Below are positions 29,605-40,514 of a DNA stretch of 64,000 nucleotides, one piece after another. A program made the translations under genes and the position numbers. The stretch comes from an uncultured Rivularia sp. (GTDB taxonomy: Bacteria > Cyanobacteriota > Cyanobacteriia > Cyanobacteriales > Nostocaceae): contig OY762007.1 in assembly GCA_963665115.1 (NCBI GenBank), forward strand, positions 5,728,001 through 5,792,000, in the 5' to 3' direction. Each line of letters starts with the position of its first letter. The first letter of the stretch is position 1. A model generated the notes under the pieces. The model was not told the origin of the DNA and searched no databases. It saw only the letters and a program-made list of their open reading frames with translations.

Positions 29605-29816
29605 CATAGAATTAAGTAATGCATTTTGATAATTACTTAGCGACATTGGAAGGAAAGAAATTACCTGCTTTAAAATTTTTAGAAAGTCAGATAAGTATCT
29701 GGAAAAAATTCAAGTAAGAAAAGATGCAAAGAAAAAAGGTAGTAACCAACGCCGCAAGCTTGCGAAAAGATTAAGTCGCGAGCATCTTTCATATTGCCAG
29801 AGCCAGGAAAGACCTT
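29605..29816 (+). pseudogene. Decayed TnpB (IS200/IS605 OrfB) internal fragment
   Basis: With two frameshifts reads DNYLATLEGKKLPALKF/RKSDKYLEKIQVRKDAKKKGSNQRRKLAKRLSREHL/IARARKD. Confidence 0.7.
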
Positions 29817-29975
29817 CGGGGAGGTGTCTGGTAGTTCACGTTTTCAATCTCCAAACTATAAATTTTAATTTACTAGGACGTAGCTCTCCCCCCCCCCCTC
29901 TCCTCCCCACCTTGCTTGCAAAAGTGTGGGAGTATGTCAAAGTATGAGTGCAATAGTATAGTTACGGTACTCCGC

Positions 29976-30890
29976 ATGGCACTGGATATTTCCTATTTGC
30001 CCTTGGCGTTTATGTTTACTTCTCCGGGTCCGATTCTAGTAAAATTAGGACCATTAACTATCCGCTGGTATGGCTTATTGATTGCCTCAGCAGTATTAAT
30101 TGGTGTTACGCTTTCCCAGTATTTGGCGAAGCGTCGTAATGTCAATCCCGATTTAATTAGCGATCTATCGATTTGGCTGGTAATTGGCGCAATTCCAGCA
30201 GCCAGAATATATTACGTTTTATTTCAATGGCAGGAATATTCTCGACGGCCTGGGGATATTATCGCTATTTGGAAGGGTGGTATTGCTATTCATGGAGCGA
30301 TTATCGGCGGTTTAATAGTCGCTATAATCTTTGCCAAATTAAAAAAAGTTTCATTTTGGCAGTTAGCAGACTTAGTGGCTCCTTCACTGATTTTAGGGCA
30401 AGCCATTGGACGCTGGGGAAATTTCTTTAACTCGGAAGCCTTTGGAAAGCCGACTAATTTACCTTGGAAGCTTTATATTCCTCGTGAAATTACGCTTATT
30501 GATGGCTCAAAAATTTACCCCCGCCCGCCGCAATTCATAGATGAAAGTTTCTTTCATCCGACATTCCTTTACGAATCATTGTGGAATGTCATGATATTCA
30601 GCTTGCTGATGATATTATTCTTTCGAGCCTTACAGGGAAAGCTTTCCTTGAAAACAGGTACGATATTCCTGGTTTATCTTGTAGGTTACAGCTTAGGACG
30701 CTTTTGGATTGAAGGATTGCGTTTAGATAGCTTAATGCTCGGTTCAAATTTGAGAATCGCTCAAGTAATAAGCTTACTAGAAATAGCCATCGGATTAGCT
30801 GGCTTATGGTGGCTATATATCAGAAAACGCCCCCTACCAGATGTCGTTTCTACCCAGAGTGAAGAGAAAGTAAGGGAGATGAGGAGGTAG
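29976..30890 (+). CDS. lgt: Prolipoprotein diacylglyceryl transferase
   Basis: [41 protein letters not shown]. Confidence 0.97.
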   Translation: MALDISYLPLAFMFTSPGPILVKLGPLTIRWYGLLIASAVLIGVTLSQYLAKRRNVNPDLISDLSIWLVIGAIPAARIYYVLFQWQEYSRRPGDIIAIWKGGIAIHGAIIGGLIVAIIFAKLKKVSFWQLADLVAPSLILGQAIGRWGNFFNSEAFGKPTNLPWKLYIPREITLIDGSKIYPRPPQFIDESFFHPTFLYESLWNVMIFSLLMILFFRALQGKLSLKTGTIFLVYLVGYSLGRFWIEGLRLDSLMLGSNLRIAQVISLLEIAIGLAGLWWLYIRKRPLPDVVSTQSEEKVREMRR

Positions 30891-31036
30891 GGGATGGGGA
30901 GATTATTGGGAGATGGGGAGATTTGGAGATGGGGAGACAAGGGGACAAGGGGAAGAATAATTAACTATTAACTATTTACAATGCCCCATGCCCAATGCCC
31001 CATGCCCAATTACCAATTACCAATTACCAATTACCA
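30891..31036. repeat. STRR arrays (GGGGAGAT / GGACAAG / CCCAATG / CCAATTA)
   Basis: Tandem 7-8-mers. Confidence 0.88.
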
Positions 31037-31041
31037 AAAAT

Positions 31042-31091
31042 AAAAAATGCCCCAGAGTTTTCTCTAGGGCTTAACCAGGGTGCATCTACCA
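31042..31091 (-). ncRNA. nsiR1: NsiR1-like heterocyst-specific small RNA, single copy
   Basis: Minus strand TGGTAGATGCACCCTG matches the recalled NsiR1 5' seed; followed by terminator GCCCTAGAG-AAAA-CTCTGGGGC-ATTTTTT; DIF1 TCCGGA upstream. Confidence 0.8.
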
Positions 31092-31096
31092 ATTAA

Positions 31097-31125
31097 TATT
31101 TCTATATATAGGGGTTGAATCCGGA
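31097..31125 (-). promoter_or_regulatory. DIF1 promoter (TCCGGA-N17-GAAATA) of the NsiR1-like RNA
   Basis: TCCGGA at 31120-31125, 30-35 nt upstream of the seed. Confidence 0.75.
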
Positions 31126-31182
31126 AAGATACCGTGATATTTCCCAAAAAGTTTTTCAAGAGGAAGCACCGTCTGTTTGTTT

Positions 31183-31989
31183 ATGCGTGAAAATACTAGT
31201 ATCTTGTGTGAAGAAAAATCGAATCTTAAGCTAAAGCCAGCAGTTTATATTGTAGGTGCTGGTCCCGGCGACCCAGATTTATTAACGATTAGAGCGCAAA
31301 AGCTACTAGAGAGAGCCGATGTAGTTTTATTTGCAGACTCTTTAGTCCCTCAAGAAATCTTAGAATTTTGTCGGGAAGATGCCCAAATCATTCGCACGGC
31401 TTCTAAAACCCTCGAAGAAATTGTGCCGATGATGGTAGATATTGTCAGGAATGATAAATCGGTTGTGCGTTTGCATTCGGGAGATCCAAGTCTTTACAGC
31501 GCCATCCACGAACAAATGCAGCAACTGGCACAAGCCGAGATTCCTTTTGAAGTAATTCCGGGTATCAGCGCCTTTCAAGCCGCCGCAGCAAAATTAAATG
31601 TAGAGCTTACAGTGCCGGGTTTAGTGCAAACCATCATCCTTACCCGCATCAGTGGACGCACTCAAGTACCGCCAAAAGAAGAATTAGCCTCATTAGCAGC
31701 ACATCAAGCTAGTCTTTGCCTGTATTTGAGCGCTCGCCACGTCGAAGATTCCCAAGCAAAACTTTTAGAACATTATCCACCCGAAACCCCAGTAGCAATA
31801 TGCTTTCGAGTTGGCTGGCACGACGAAAAAATTCTCGTAGTTCCTCTTAACGAGATAGCAGAATGCACCCACAAAGAAAAACTGATTCGCACCACACTTT
31901 ATATGATTAGTCCCGCACTTGGTGGATCTTCAGCGCGATCGCGATTGTATCATCCAGAGCATTCGCATTTGTTCCGTCCGAAGGGATGA
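31183..31989 (+). CDS. cobM: Precorrin-4 C11-methyltransferase
   Basis: [54 protein letters not shown]. Confidence 0.95.
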   Translation: MRENTSILCEEKSNLKLKPAVYIVGAGPGDPDLLTIRAQKLLERADVVLFADSLVPQEILEFCREDAQIIRTASKTLEEIVPMMVDIVRNDKSVVRLHSGDPSLYSAIHEQMQQLAQAEIPFEVIPGISAFQAAAAKLNVELTVPGLVQTIILTRISGRTQVPPKEELASLAAHQASLCLYLSARHVEDSQAKLLEHYPPETPVAICFRVGWHDEKILVVPLNEIAECTHKEKLIRTTLYMISPALGGSSARSRLYHPEHSHLFRPKG

Positions 31990-32275
<286 letters not shown>

Positions 32276-32326
32276 CACGCTCTTCGATAAACTGAACAGT
32301 GGAGAAGAAATTAGGTAAATAAACTC

Positions 32327-32809
32327 ATGTTGGACGAACAAGCTAAAAAAACGATGTTGCGGAAGATTCCTCACGGTTTATATATCTGTGGAGTTAAGGA
32401 TGGTGAAGAAGTTAACGGTTTTACTGCTAGCTGGTTAATGCAGGCTTCGTTTAAGCCGCCTTTGGTTGTAAATTGCGTCAAAGGTGATTCTATATCCCAT
32501 CAAATGATTGAAAAAAGTGGGGTATTCGCCATCAGCTTCTTAGAAGAAGGACAAAAAGACTTAGCGGAAAAATTCTTTAAACCAATGCGCCGCGTTGGTA
32601 ATAAATTTGAAGATGTAGAATTTTCCCTTGGTAAAGAAACCGGATGTCCAATTATTACCGACTCTTTGGGATATATCGAATGTCAAGTTGTCGGAAATGT
32701 TGATAAAGGCGATCATACCGTTTACGTCGGCGAAGTGATAGCTGCGGGAGTTCACCGCGAAGGAAAACAACTCAATCTTGAAACAACAGGTTGGAATTAC
32801 GGCGGGTAA
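32327..32809 (+). CDS. Flavin reductase-like (DIM6/NTAB) protein
   Basis: NGFTASWLMQASFKPPLV, GCPII, GDHTVYVGEV. Confidence 0.92.
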   Translation: MLDEQAKKTMLRKIPHGLYICGVKDGEEVNGFTASWLMQASFKPPLVVNCVKGDSISHQMIEKSGVFAISFLEEGQKDLAEKFFKPMRRVGNKFEDVEFSLGKETGCPIITDSLGYIECQVVGNVDKGDHTVYVGEVIAAGVHREGKQLNLETTGWNYGG

Positions 32810-32814
32810 ATTTT

Positions 32815-32842
32815 GTAGAGACGTAGCATTGCTACGTCTCTA
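32815..32842 (+). repeat. GTAG-type REP palindrome (related copies at 33286-33314 and 59295-59320)
   Basis: GTAGAGACGTAGCATTGCTACGTCTCTA. Confidence 0.8.
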
Positions 32843-32918
32843 GGGGAGTTAGGAGTTAGGAGTTGGGAGCGAACAGTTAGAAATAACCAATCCAAAATCC
32901 AAAATCTAAAATCGGATT

Positions 32919-33272
32919 ATGCCTTTAATCAAAGTCCAAAGTTCTATATCAACTCCTCAAAAAGCTGAAGTTGAGGGGATGCTGAAAACCTTGTCGTCAA
33001 AATTAGCAAAGCATATCGGAAAACCGGAATCTTATGTAATGACGGCTTTTGAAGCGGAGGTTCCCATGACTTTCGGTGGCACTACCGATCCAGTTTGTTA
33101 TATAGAAATCAAAAGTATCGGTACAATGAAACCCGAACAAACCAAGTCCATGAGTCAGGACTTTTGCCAAGAAATCAATCAAGCCCTTGGTGTCCCTACA
33201 AATCGCATTTATATCGAATTTGCAGATGCTAAAGGTGCGATGTGGGGTTGGAACGGTAGTACATTCGGTTAA
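32919..33272 (+). CDS. MIF / phenylpyruvate tautomerase family protein
   Basis: Catalytic Pro at position 2, GKPESYVM, RIYIEF, WGWNGSTF. Confidence 0.92.
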   Translation: MPLIKVQSSISTPQKAEVEGMLKTLSSKLAKHIGKPESYVMTAFEAEVPMTFGGTTDPVCYIEIKSIGTMKPEQTKSMSQDFCQEINQALGVPTNRIYIEFADAKGAMWGWNGSTFG

Positions 33273-33459
33273 TCCATATCCTAATGTAGAGACGCGAAAC
33301 CCTTTCGTCTCTACAAAAGTTACGCTTATATGACAAATTTCTTTAGTTTGTAGTAAGCGATTTATCGCTCTCCTTAGAGAACTAAAGTTCTTACTACGAA
33401 CCTCGATCAAATAATCTAGGATAAAGATTCACTGTCTTTTTTATAATTACGGTTTCACT

Positions 33460-34581
33460 ATGTCTGTTAATTCTGTAGTTTCTTCTAAACCTCCCACTCC
33501 TAAATATCCGAAAATTTCTATCCCTCCTTTACTAGGAGCGTCTTTGGAAGAGTTAACTGCTTGGGTACAAGAGCAGGCACAGCCAGCTTACAGAGGAAAA
33601 CAGTTACATCAGTGGATATATCAGAAGGGCGTTCGTTCTTTAAGTGATATTACTGTTTTTTCTAAGCAGTGGCGGGAATCTGTCGCGGAAGTGCCCGTGG
33701 GACGTTCTAATTTACAACATCGTTCGACTGCTCCCGATGGCACCGTAAAATATCTTTTGGAATTGTCTGATGGGGAAATTATCGAAACCGTTGGGATGCC
33801 AACTTATAAGAAATGGGGAAAAAATAGGAATCGACAAGGAGAGAATCGAGGAGAGTTAGAACGTTTAACGGTTTGCGTTTCTACTCAAGTTGGCTGTGCG
33901 ATGGCTTGCGATTTCTGCGCTACTGGCAAAGGTGGCTATAAGCGAAATCTGACTCGTAGCGAAATTGTTGACCAAGTTTTAACGGTACAGGAAGAATTTG
34001 GACAACGAGTTAGTCACATCGTATTTATGGGTATGGGCGAACCGTTATTAAATGTAGATAATACTTTGAGCGCTATTCAATGCCTTAATAAAGATGTGGG
34101 AATCGGACAGCGCAACTTAACTGTTTCTACAGTAGGTATTCCCGGACGTATTCGTAACTTAGCAAAATATCGCCTACAAGCTACCCTTGCAGTTAGTCTC
34201 CACGCACCTAATCAAGAATTACGAGAAGAACTTATTCCCAGCGCTCGTAAATACCAAATTGATGAATTATTTGCTGAATGTCGCGACTATGTAGAAATGA
34301 CCGGACGACGAGTATCTTTTGAATATATACTTCTCGCCGGTGTCAACGACCTTCCAGAACACGCACATCAACTATCGCGGCAGTTACGCGGATTTCAATG
34401 TCACGTCAATTTGATCCCTTATAATCCAATTGATGAAGTAGACTATCAACGCCCAACTTACGAACGCATTCAAGCTTTTGTACAAGCCTTAGAAAAACAC
34501 CACACCGCACACAGCGTTCGTTACTCCCGTGGTTTAGAAGCAGACGCAGCCTGCGGACAGTTGCGAACGAGTAAGAAATAG
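33460..34581 (+). CDS. rlmN: 23S rRNA (A2503-C2) methyltransferase, radical SAM
   Basis: [31 protein letters not shown]. Confidence 0.97.
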   Translation: MSVNSVVSSKPPTPKYPKISIPPLLGASLEELTAWVQEQAQPAYRGKQLHQWIYQKGVRSLSDITVFSKQWRESVAEVPVGRSNLQHRSTAPDGTVKYLLELSDGEIIETVGMPTYKKWGKNRNRQGENRGELERLTVCVSTQVGCAMACDFCATGKGGYKRNLTRSEIVDQVLTVQEEFGQRVSHIVFMGMGEPLLNVDNTLSAIQCLNKDVGIGQRNLTVSTVGIPGRIRNLAKYRLQATLAVSLHAPNQELREELIPSARKYQIDELFAECRDYVEMTGRRVSFEYILLAGVNDLPEHAHQLSRQLRGFQCHVNLIPYNPIDEVDYQRPTYERIQAFVQALEKHHTAHSVRYSRGLEADAACGQLRTSKK

Positions 34582-34660
34582 GATGGGGAGATGGGGAGAA
34601 ATTTAAAACTCTTTACTCACTACTTACTACTCCCTACTCCCTACTCCTAACTCCTAACTC

Positions 34661-34840
34661 TTATTTATTTGCGTAAATACCGGGGGCGTAAGCTTCAATT
34701 ACTTTTCCGGTGCGGGTACAGTTAATCATTAAATAATCGCAATCTGCACAGCTAGTGCGACATATTTGGCTTTCACAAATATGATGTCTTTCACATTTAC
34801 TACCACAGTTGGGACAACAAACTTTTTGTATTGTTCGCAT
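34661..34840 (-). CDS. 59 aa Cys-rich zinc-ribbon protein, absent from the ORF track
   Basis: MRTIQKVCCPNCGSKCERHHICESQICRTSCADCDYLMINCTRTGKVIEAYAPGIYANK; CPNC and CADC pairs. Confidence 0.85.
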   Translation of the reverse strand: MRTIQKVCCPNCGSKCERHHICESQICRTSCADCDYLMINCTRTGKVIEAYAPGIYANK

Positions 34841-35801
34841 TCTCGCTCTTAAGCCTCTTTTTTTAATATTTATTCAATAAAGTAGTGCTGTCTCTAACTC
34901 ATTAATATTCACCTGCTTAACTTATAAAAGCTCATAAAAATAGAATCGGATGCATTTTTCCGTATATATTGCCTTATGAAACTTATTAATAGATTTTCTA
35001 TTATGCCTCGATAGTGACTAAGCTTTCATCCAACTATAGATACAAAAAAATGTCTATTAGACGCTGATTATCTCTTTCAATTGGACGATCCTCATCACCG
35101 ATGCTTTGAGACTCCTATATTTACGGTCATTCTAGAATAACCTAATTTAATTTATTATCTGTAAAAACATTATTATTTTTTAAGCAAGTTTAATTAATGA
35201 CTGTTTGACGGTGAAGATAACAAAATATAAAGATAAGGCAATTATGGATTGGGGCTGAAAATAAAGGTGTGAATGGACAAAATTAAAGTATTTGACAAAA
35301 TATTCCAAAATCGCTCGTAATTTTTTTTAATTTTATTTGTTAATCTAATGGTAGGTAATGGGTAATGGATAACGGGTAATCGATAGTTGTTTTTTGCAGT
35401 TATCAGTTACCCACATTTTTTTATTTGTCTGTATGTATCGTGTTGAGCGATCGCCAATACAGCTTGTTGCCGTTTATCTTAAATTCTTCAAATCCACCAG
35501 ATTAATTTTAAAGGGTTTGTAGTCGGGCTTTAGCGCCTCATATTACGGAATTCGGAGGGGCTTCAGCGCAACTACGAACCTTGATTACCATCTTCATTCT
35601 CAAAAATTAGATATAAAAAAGATTTTAAGTCAACACCACTCATAAATGCATAATTTCCACCGACTCGAACCATATAACAATAGTGGAAAGCTGAGTAAAA
35701 CCTTTACCAATCGTTAAAAATACTGTTGGTATCGCCACATACTTACAGTAACAGCCCAGTTTACTGTTATTATTTCTCATGCATTTATAGCGATAAAAAA
35801 A

Positions 35802-36056
35802 ATGAATAACGAAAACCACCGCGCTTACTGGCGGAAAAATGTAGCTTTAATTCGCAATCTTTTAATCGTTTGGGCTTTAGTATCTCTGGTATTTAGTATT
35901 CTGCTAGTCGAGCCTTTAAATACAATCCGGTTTTTTGGCGTACCCTTCGGCTTTTGGATGGCACAGCAGGGTTCAATTCTGGTATTTGTAGCGTTGATTT
36001 TTATTTACGCAATACAGATGGATAAATTAGATCGCGAACATAATATTAGAAGGTAG
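35802..36056 (+). CDS. DUF4212 small membrane subunit of solute:sodium symporter
   Basis: AYWRKN..GVPFGFWMAQQGS; directly upstream of the SSS gene. Confidence 0.9.
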   Translation: MNNENHRAYWRKNVALIRNLLIVWALVSLVFSILLVEPLNTIRFFGVPFGFWMAQQGSILVFVALIFIYAIQMDKLDREHNIRR

Positions 36057-36062
36057 GGGAAA

Positions 36063-37739
36063 ATGTCGGTTGAAATTTGGACCATTTTATTTGTTGGCGC
36101 TTCATTTTTAGCTTACGTCTACATCGGTTGGCAGTCTCGCATTAAAGATACTAAAGGCTTTTTTGTCGCCGGACAAGATATACCTTCCCTCGCGAATGGT
36201 GCTGCAACTGCTGCTGATTGGATGTCGGCAGCTTCGTTTATTTCGATGGCGGGGATAATTTCGACTTTAGGTTACGATGGCTCAATTTACTTGATGGGAT
36301 GGACTGGCGGTTACGTACTTCTAGCGTTACTCCTAGCCCCCTACCTGAGAAAATTTGGTAAGTATACCGTACCCGACTTTGTTGGCGATCGCTATTATTC
36401 ACAGTTTGCTCGATTGGTTGCTGTAATAGCCGCTATCTTCGTTTCGCTAACTTACGTCGCCGGACAAATGCGCGGTGTTGGTATAGTTTTCAGCCGCTTT
36501 TTACAAGTTGATGTCAATACTGGTGTAATTATCGGTATGGTAATCGTCGGCTTTTTCGCTGTATTGGGAGGAATGAAAGGCATTACCTGGACGCAAGTTG
36601 CCCAGTATTGCGTTTTAATTGTTGCCTATCTTATCCCTGCGGTTGCTATAGCCTTTATTCTTACGGGAAATCCGATTCCGCAATTTGCATTTACCTTCGG
36701 TGATATTGCAGATAAATTAAATGCAGTTCAACTTGACTTAGGTTTTCAAGAATATACCCAGCCATTCGCCAACAAATCCATGTTAGACGTGTTGTTTATC
36801 ACCATCGCTTTGATGGTCGGAACAGCAGGCTTACCCCACGTAATCGTCAGGTTTTACACAGTTCCCAACGTCCGCGCCGCTCGTTATTCTGCGGGTTGGG
36901 CATTACTATTAATTGCCATACTTTATACTACTGCCCCTGCTCTTTCGATGTTTGCTCGTTACAACTTAATTAATTCATTGCACGATAAAACCGTTGTAGA
37001 AGTACAGCAATTAGACTGGGCAAAAAAATGGGAAAATACCGACTTATTAGTTTTCGATGATAAAAACGGAGATGGGAGGTTGCAGTTAACTCCAGACGAA
37101 GCAACCAACGAAATCGTAATTGATAAAGATATCATCGTACTTTCTACTCCAGAAGTTGCCAAACTTGCACCTTGGGTAATCGCTTTAGTAGCCGCAGGAG
37201 GTTTAGCAGCAGCTTTATCCACAGCATCGGGATTACTGCTAGTAATTTCCAGTTCGATCGCTCACGACGTTTATTTCCGAATGATTAATCCTCATGCATC
37301 GGAAAGTAGGCGGGTATTCGTCGGCAGAATCATGGTAGGTTTTGCCGTAGTAGTCGCCGGATACTTTGGCGTAAATCCACCGGGCTTTGTAGCCCAAGTA
37401 GTAGCATTTGCCTTTGGTTTAGCAGCAGCCAGCTTCTTCCCCGCCATATTTTTAGGAATATTCGACAAACGCACAAATAAAGAAGGTGCGATCGCCGGGA
37501 TGTTAACCGGCTTAATTTTTACCACAGCCTATATTGTCGGCGTAAAATTTGCTGGAATGCCCACATGGTTTTTTGGTGTTTCCGCTGAAGGAATCGGCAC
37601 ATTAGGCATGATAATCAACTTAATCGTCACCCTAATAGTTTCGCGCTTAACACCACCACCACCACCAGAAATTCAAGCTTTAGTTGAAGACTTACGCAGT
37701 CCAATTGTAGAAGAAGAAACACCTACGGCGGTGCATTAA
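36063..37739 (+). CDS. Sodium:solute symporter, ActP/VC_2705 type (monocarboxylate)
   Basis: NGAATAADWMSAASFIS, GTAGLPHVIVRFYTVP, GGLAAALSTASGLL. Confidence 0.93.
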   Translation: MSVEIWTILFVGASFLAYVYIGWQSRIKDTKGFFVAGQDIPSLANGAATAADWMSAASFISMAGIISTLGYDGSIYLMGWTGGYVLLALLLAPYLRKFGKYTVPDFVGDRYYSQFARLVAVIAAIFVSLTYVAGQMRGVGIVFSRFLQVDVNTGVIIGMVIVGFFAVLGGMKGITWTQVAQYCVLIVAYLIPAVAIAFILTGNPIPQFAFTFGDIADKLNAVQLDLGFQEYTQPFANKSMLDVLFITIALMVGTAGLPHVIVRFYTVPNVRAARYSAGWALLLIAILYTTAPALSMFARYNLINSLHDKTVVEVQQLDWAKKWENTDLLVFDDKNGDGRLQLTPDEATNEIVIDKDIIVLSTPEVAKLAPWVIALVAAGGLAAALSTASGLLLVISSSIAHDVYFRMINPHASESRRVFVGRIMVGFAVVVAGYFGVNPPGFVAQVVAFAFGLAAASFFPAIFLGIFDKRTNKEGAIAGMLTGLIFTTAYIVGVKFAGMPTWFFGVSAEGIGTLGMIINLIVTLIVSRLTPPPPPEIQALVEDLRSPIVEEETPTAVH

Positions 37740-37844
37740 GAAGATAAGGGGATGGGGGGATGGGGAGACAAGGGGACAAAGCAAAGGGTTAAGTTGAGAA
37801 ACAGTCTGTATGTAGTGGGAGCGTCTCGCTCCCTAGCTGTTTCT

Positions 37845-38027
37845 AATTACCAATTATCAATCCCCAATTACCAATTACCAATTACCAATTACCAATTACC
37901 AATTACCAATTACCAATTACCAATTACCAATCCCCAATTACCAATTACCAATTACCAATTACCAATTACCAATTACCAATCCCCAATCCCCAATCCCCCA
38001 TGCCCAATCCCCAATTCCCAATCCCCA
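37845..38027. repeat. STRR array (CCAATTA and CCCCAAT)
   Basis: Long uninterrupted tandem heptamer tract. Confidence 0.94.
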
Positions 38028-38993
38028 TCATTCTTCAACTCTATACCCCAATTCCGCTAATCGGATGCGTGAATGTCGCCATTTTGGTTGTACTCTGACA
38101 AATAATTCTAAATAAACTTTCCCTGCAATTAACTTTTGGATTTGTTCTCTGGCGGCGCTTCCAATAGATTTGAGCATTCCTCCACCTTTCCCTATTAAAA
38201 TACCTTTTTGGGAATCGCGTTCGACATTGATTGTTGCAAGTACGCGGGTTAATTTGGGTGTTTCTTCTACTAAATCTATGCCGACGGCTACCGAATGAGG
38301 AACTTCTTCGCGAGTTAACAGTAAAATTTGTTCTCGAATTAGTTCACCCATAATAAAGCGCTCCGGTTGATCGGTAACTAAATCCGGTGGATAATAATAT
38401 GGCCCAGGTTCTAAATGCTCGATTAATGATTTTTGTACTTCTGGTAGCCCATCGCTGGTTTTAGCAGAAAACTTTACTGTTTGCCATTCTCCAAACTGCG
38501 CTAGCTCCAAGTAACTTTCATCTATCAACTGAAAATCTTCTGGCTGACTATCAATTTTATTAATGCCTAAAATTATCGGCGTAGTGGTACGTTCGAGTAA
38601 TGAAGCAATATACTTATCTCCACCACCGCAAACAGTACTACCATCAACTACGAATAATAAAACATCAACAGATTCGATGGCGATTTTAGCATTCGTTACT
38701 AAAACTTCCCCCAAACGATGATGGGGTTTATGAATTCCTGGTGTATCTACAAAAATCATTTGCGCTTCTTCTGTAGTTAAAATCCCGCGCAATCGATTCC
38801 GCGTAGTTTGAGCTACTGGTGAGGTAATCGCAATTTTTTGACCAACCAATTGATTCATCAAAGTAGATTTACCGACATTCGGACGACCGATAATACCGAT
38901 AAAACCTGACTTAAATCCGGGAGGAGCCTGGGGAATTAGAACTTCTCCAGGTATAGAAAAGTTGTTGCCTTGAATATTATTCACGTAAAACAA
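38028..38993 (-). CDS. era: GTPase Era
   Basis: GRPNVGKSTL, DTPG, NKID, KH domain ILIGKGG. Confidence 0.97.
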   Translation of the reverse strand: MFYVNNIQGNNFSIPGEVLIPQAPPGFKSGFIGIIGRPNVGKSTLMNQLVGQKIAITSPVAQTTRNRLRGILTTEEAQMIFVDTPGIHKPHHRLGEVLVTNAKIAIESVDVLLFVVDGSTVCGGGDKYIASLLERTTTPIILGINKIDSQPEDFQLIDESYLELAQFGEWQTVKFSAKTSDGLPEVQKSLIEHLEPGPYYYPPDLVTDQPERFIMGELIREQILLLTREEVPHSVAVGIDLVEETPKLTRVLATINVERDSQKGILIGKGGGMLKSIGSAAREQIQKLIAGKVYLELFVRVQPKWRHSRIRLAELGYRVEE

Positions 38994-39190
38994 TTATCAG
39001 TTATCAATGGACAATTATCATTTAATTTATCTTTAGATTGCCAATGAAATATAAGTTATATTTGACAACATTTTCAACTAAAAATGCTATTAATTACAGC
39101 CGCATTCATTGCGATTAAATTTTTAAAGGCAGTATCAATAATTAATCCTTCTGCTTTCAATATAACGTTCAATTGAATGATATTTTAACT

Positions 39191-39284
39191 TTATTCATGC
39201 ATGAATTACAGTAATAGAACGTTGATTTTGTGTTACAACCATTTCCATTGATAAACGTTCTTCAGTTGGTAATGCGTTTTTACG
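39191..39284 (-). pseudogene. Diverged duplicate of the 3' end of the AAA-nuclease gene at 40515-42066
   Basis: Reads RKNALPTEERLSMEMVVTQNQRSITVIHA* versus RKNALPIEERLSTQIVVTENQRSITVIRA*. Confidence 0.85.
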
Positions 39285-39407
39285 CGCTTTTATCCTTGGT
39301 TCCCATAAGCTTTCAGCCAAACTATTAAGATAGCTGTCTCAACGAGCAATCAATATTTGCTTAGCTTATAAAATAGATGTTTTTTGTTAAATCTTTGTAG
39401 GAGTGAG

Positions 39408-40472
39408 ATGAGCAATTTTAATTTATCCCGCCGCGAAATGTTATTGGGCGGTTTAGTCTTAGGATTTAGGTCAATGCCAATTCATGCATTTGCTAAATCT
39501 AAGTTAAATAGTGCTATTACCGATGTTCCTGGTATCAAAATCGGTCATTTTACTCATAGTCGCGGAGCAACAGGTTGCACAGTTGTTTTAACTCAATCCG
39601 GTGCGGTTGCAGGCGTAGATGTTCGCGGCGCAGCTCCGGGAACGCGCGAAACAGATTTGCTCGATCCTACAAATTTAGTGCAACAAGTTCATGCAGTTCT
39701 ACTTTCTGGGGGTAGTGCTTTTGGACTTGATGCAGCAACGGGAGTAATGAAATTTTTAGAAGAACGCGGTGTTGGCTATGATGTAGGTGTAGCAAAAGTT
39801 CCTATCGTTCCCGCAGCAGTTTTATTCGATTTAGCTGTTGGAAATGCCAAAATTCGTCCAGACGCTACAGCAGGCTATCAAGCTTGTAAAAATGCTTCCA
39901 AGAAATTACCCGCAGAAGGTAATTTTGGTGCAGGAGCGGGTGCTACTGTGGGAAAGTTTTTTGGGATGAGTCGTGCAATGAAAAGTGGGATTGGCACGGC
40001 ATCAATTAAATTACCAATAGGAGTTACAGTTGGCGCAATCGTTGCCGTTAATGCTGTTGGCGATGTATTTGATCCATCAAACAACCAATTGCTTGCCGGA
40101 TTGCGCTCTTCTGATGGCAAAAAGTTAATAGGAACGATGAATGCAATTTCGCGGGGTGAAAACTTACCGCCTCTACTTGGTGGTATGAACACTACTATTG
40201 GAGTTGTTGCTGTAGATGCGAAACTCGATAAGGCACAGTGTCAGAAAATTGCACAAATGGCACACAATGGTTTAGCCCGGACAATAAATCCGGTGCATAC
40301 GATGTATGACGGAGACACAATCTTTGCATTAGCGACTGGCAAATCGGAGACAACAGCTAACGTAACTTTACTTGGAGCATTAGCCGCCGAAGTAATGGCA
40401 CAATCAGTTATTCGTGCTGTTAAAGCGGCTAAATCTATCTATGGCTTACCAAGTCATAATGATTTAAGTTAA
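39408..40472 (+). CDS. P1/S58 family peptidase (DmpA-like) with putative Tat signal
   Basis: ITDVPGIKIGH, VDVRGAAPGTRETDLL, NTTIGVV autocleavage motif, DGDTIFALATG; SRREML twin-arginine; AGGAG before ATG 39408. Confidence 0.9.
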   Translation: MSNFNLSRREMLLGGLVLGFRSMPIHAFAKSKLNSAITDVPGIKIGHFTHSRGATGCTVVLTQSGAVAGVDVRGAAPGTRETDLLDPTNLVQQVHAVLLSGGSAFGLDAATGVMKFLEERGVGYDVGVAKVPIVPAAVLFDLAVGNAKIRPDATAGYQACKNASKKLPAEGNFGAGAGATVGKFFGMSRAMKSGIGTASIKLPIGVTVGAIVAVNAVGDVFDPSNNQLLAGLRSSDGKKLIGTMNAISRGENLPPLLGGMNTTIGVVAVDAKLDKAQCQKIAQMAHNGLARTINPVHTMYDGDTIFALATGKSETTANVTLLGALAAEVMAQSVIRAVKAAKSIYGLPSHNDLS

Positions 40473-40514
40473 CTCTTGAGAAAATATGAAAGCTAATAGC
40501 TTGAATAAGTTTAT

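Noticed and set aside
37752..38060. 102 aa ORF with NYQLPIT repeats; similar ORFs at 27685-27870, 28757-28960 and 47222-47569
   Set aside because: Stop-free frames through tandem repeats, not genes
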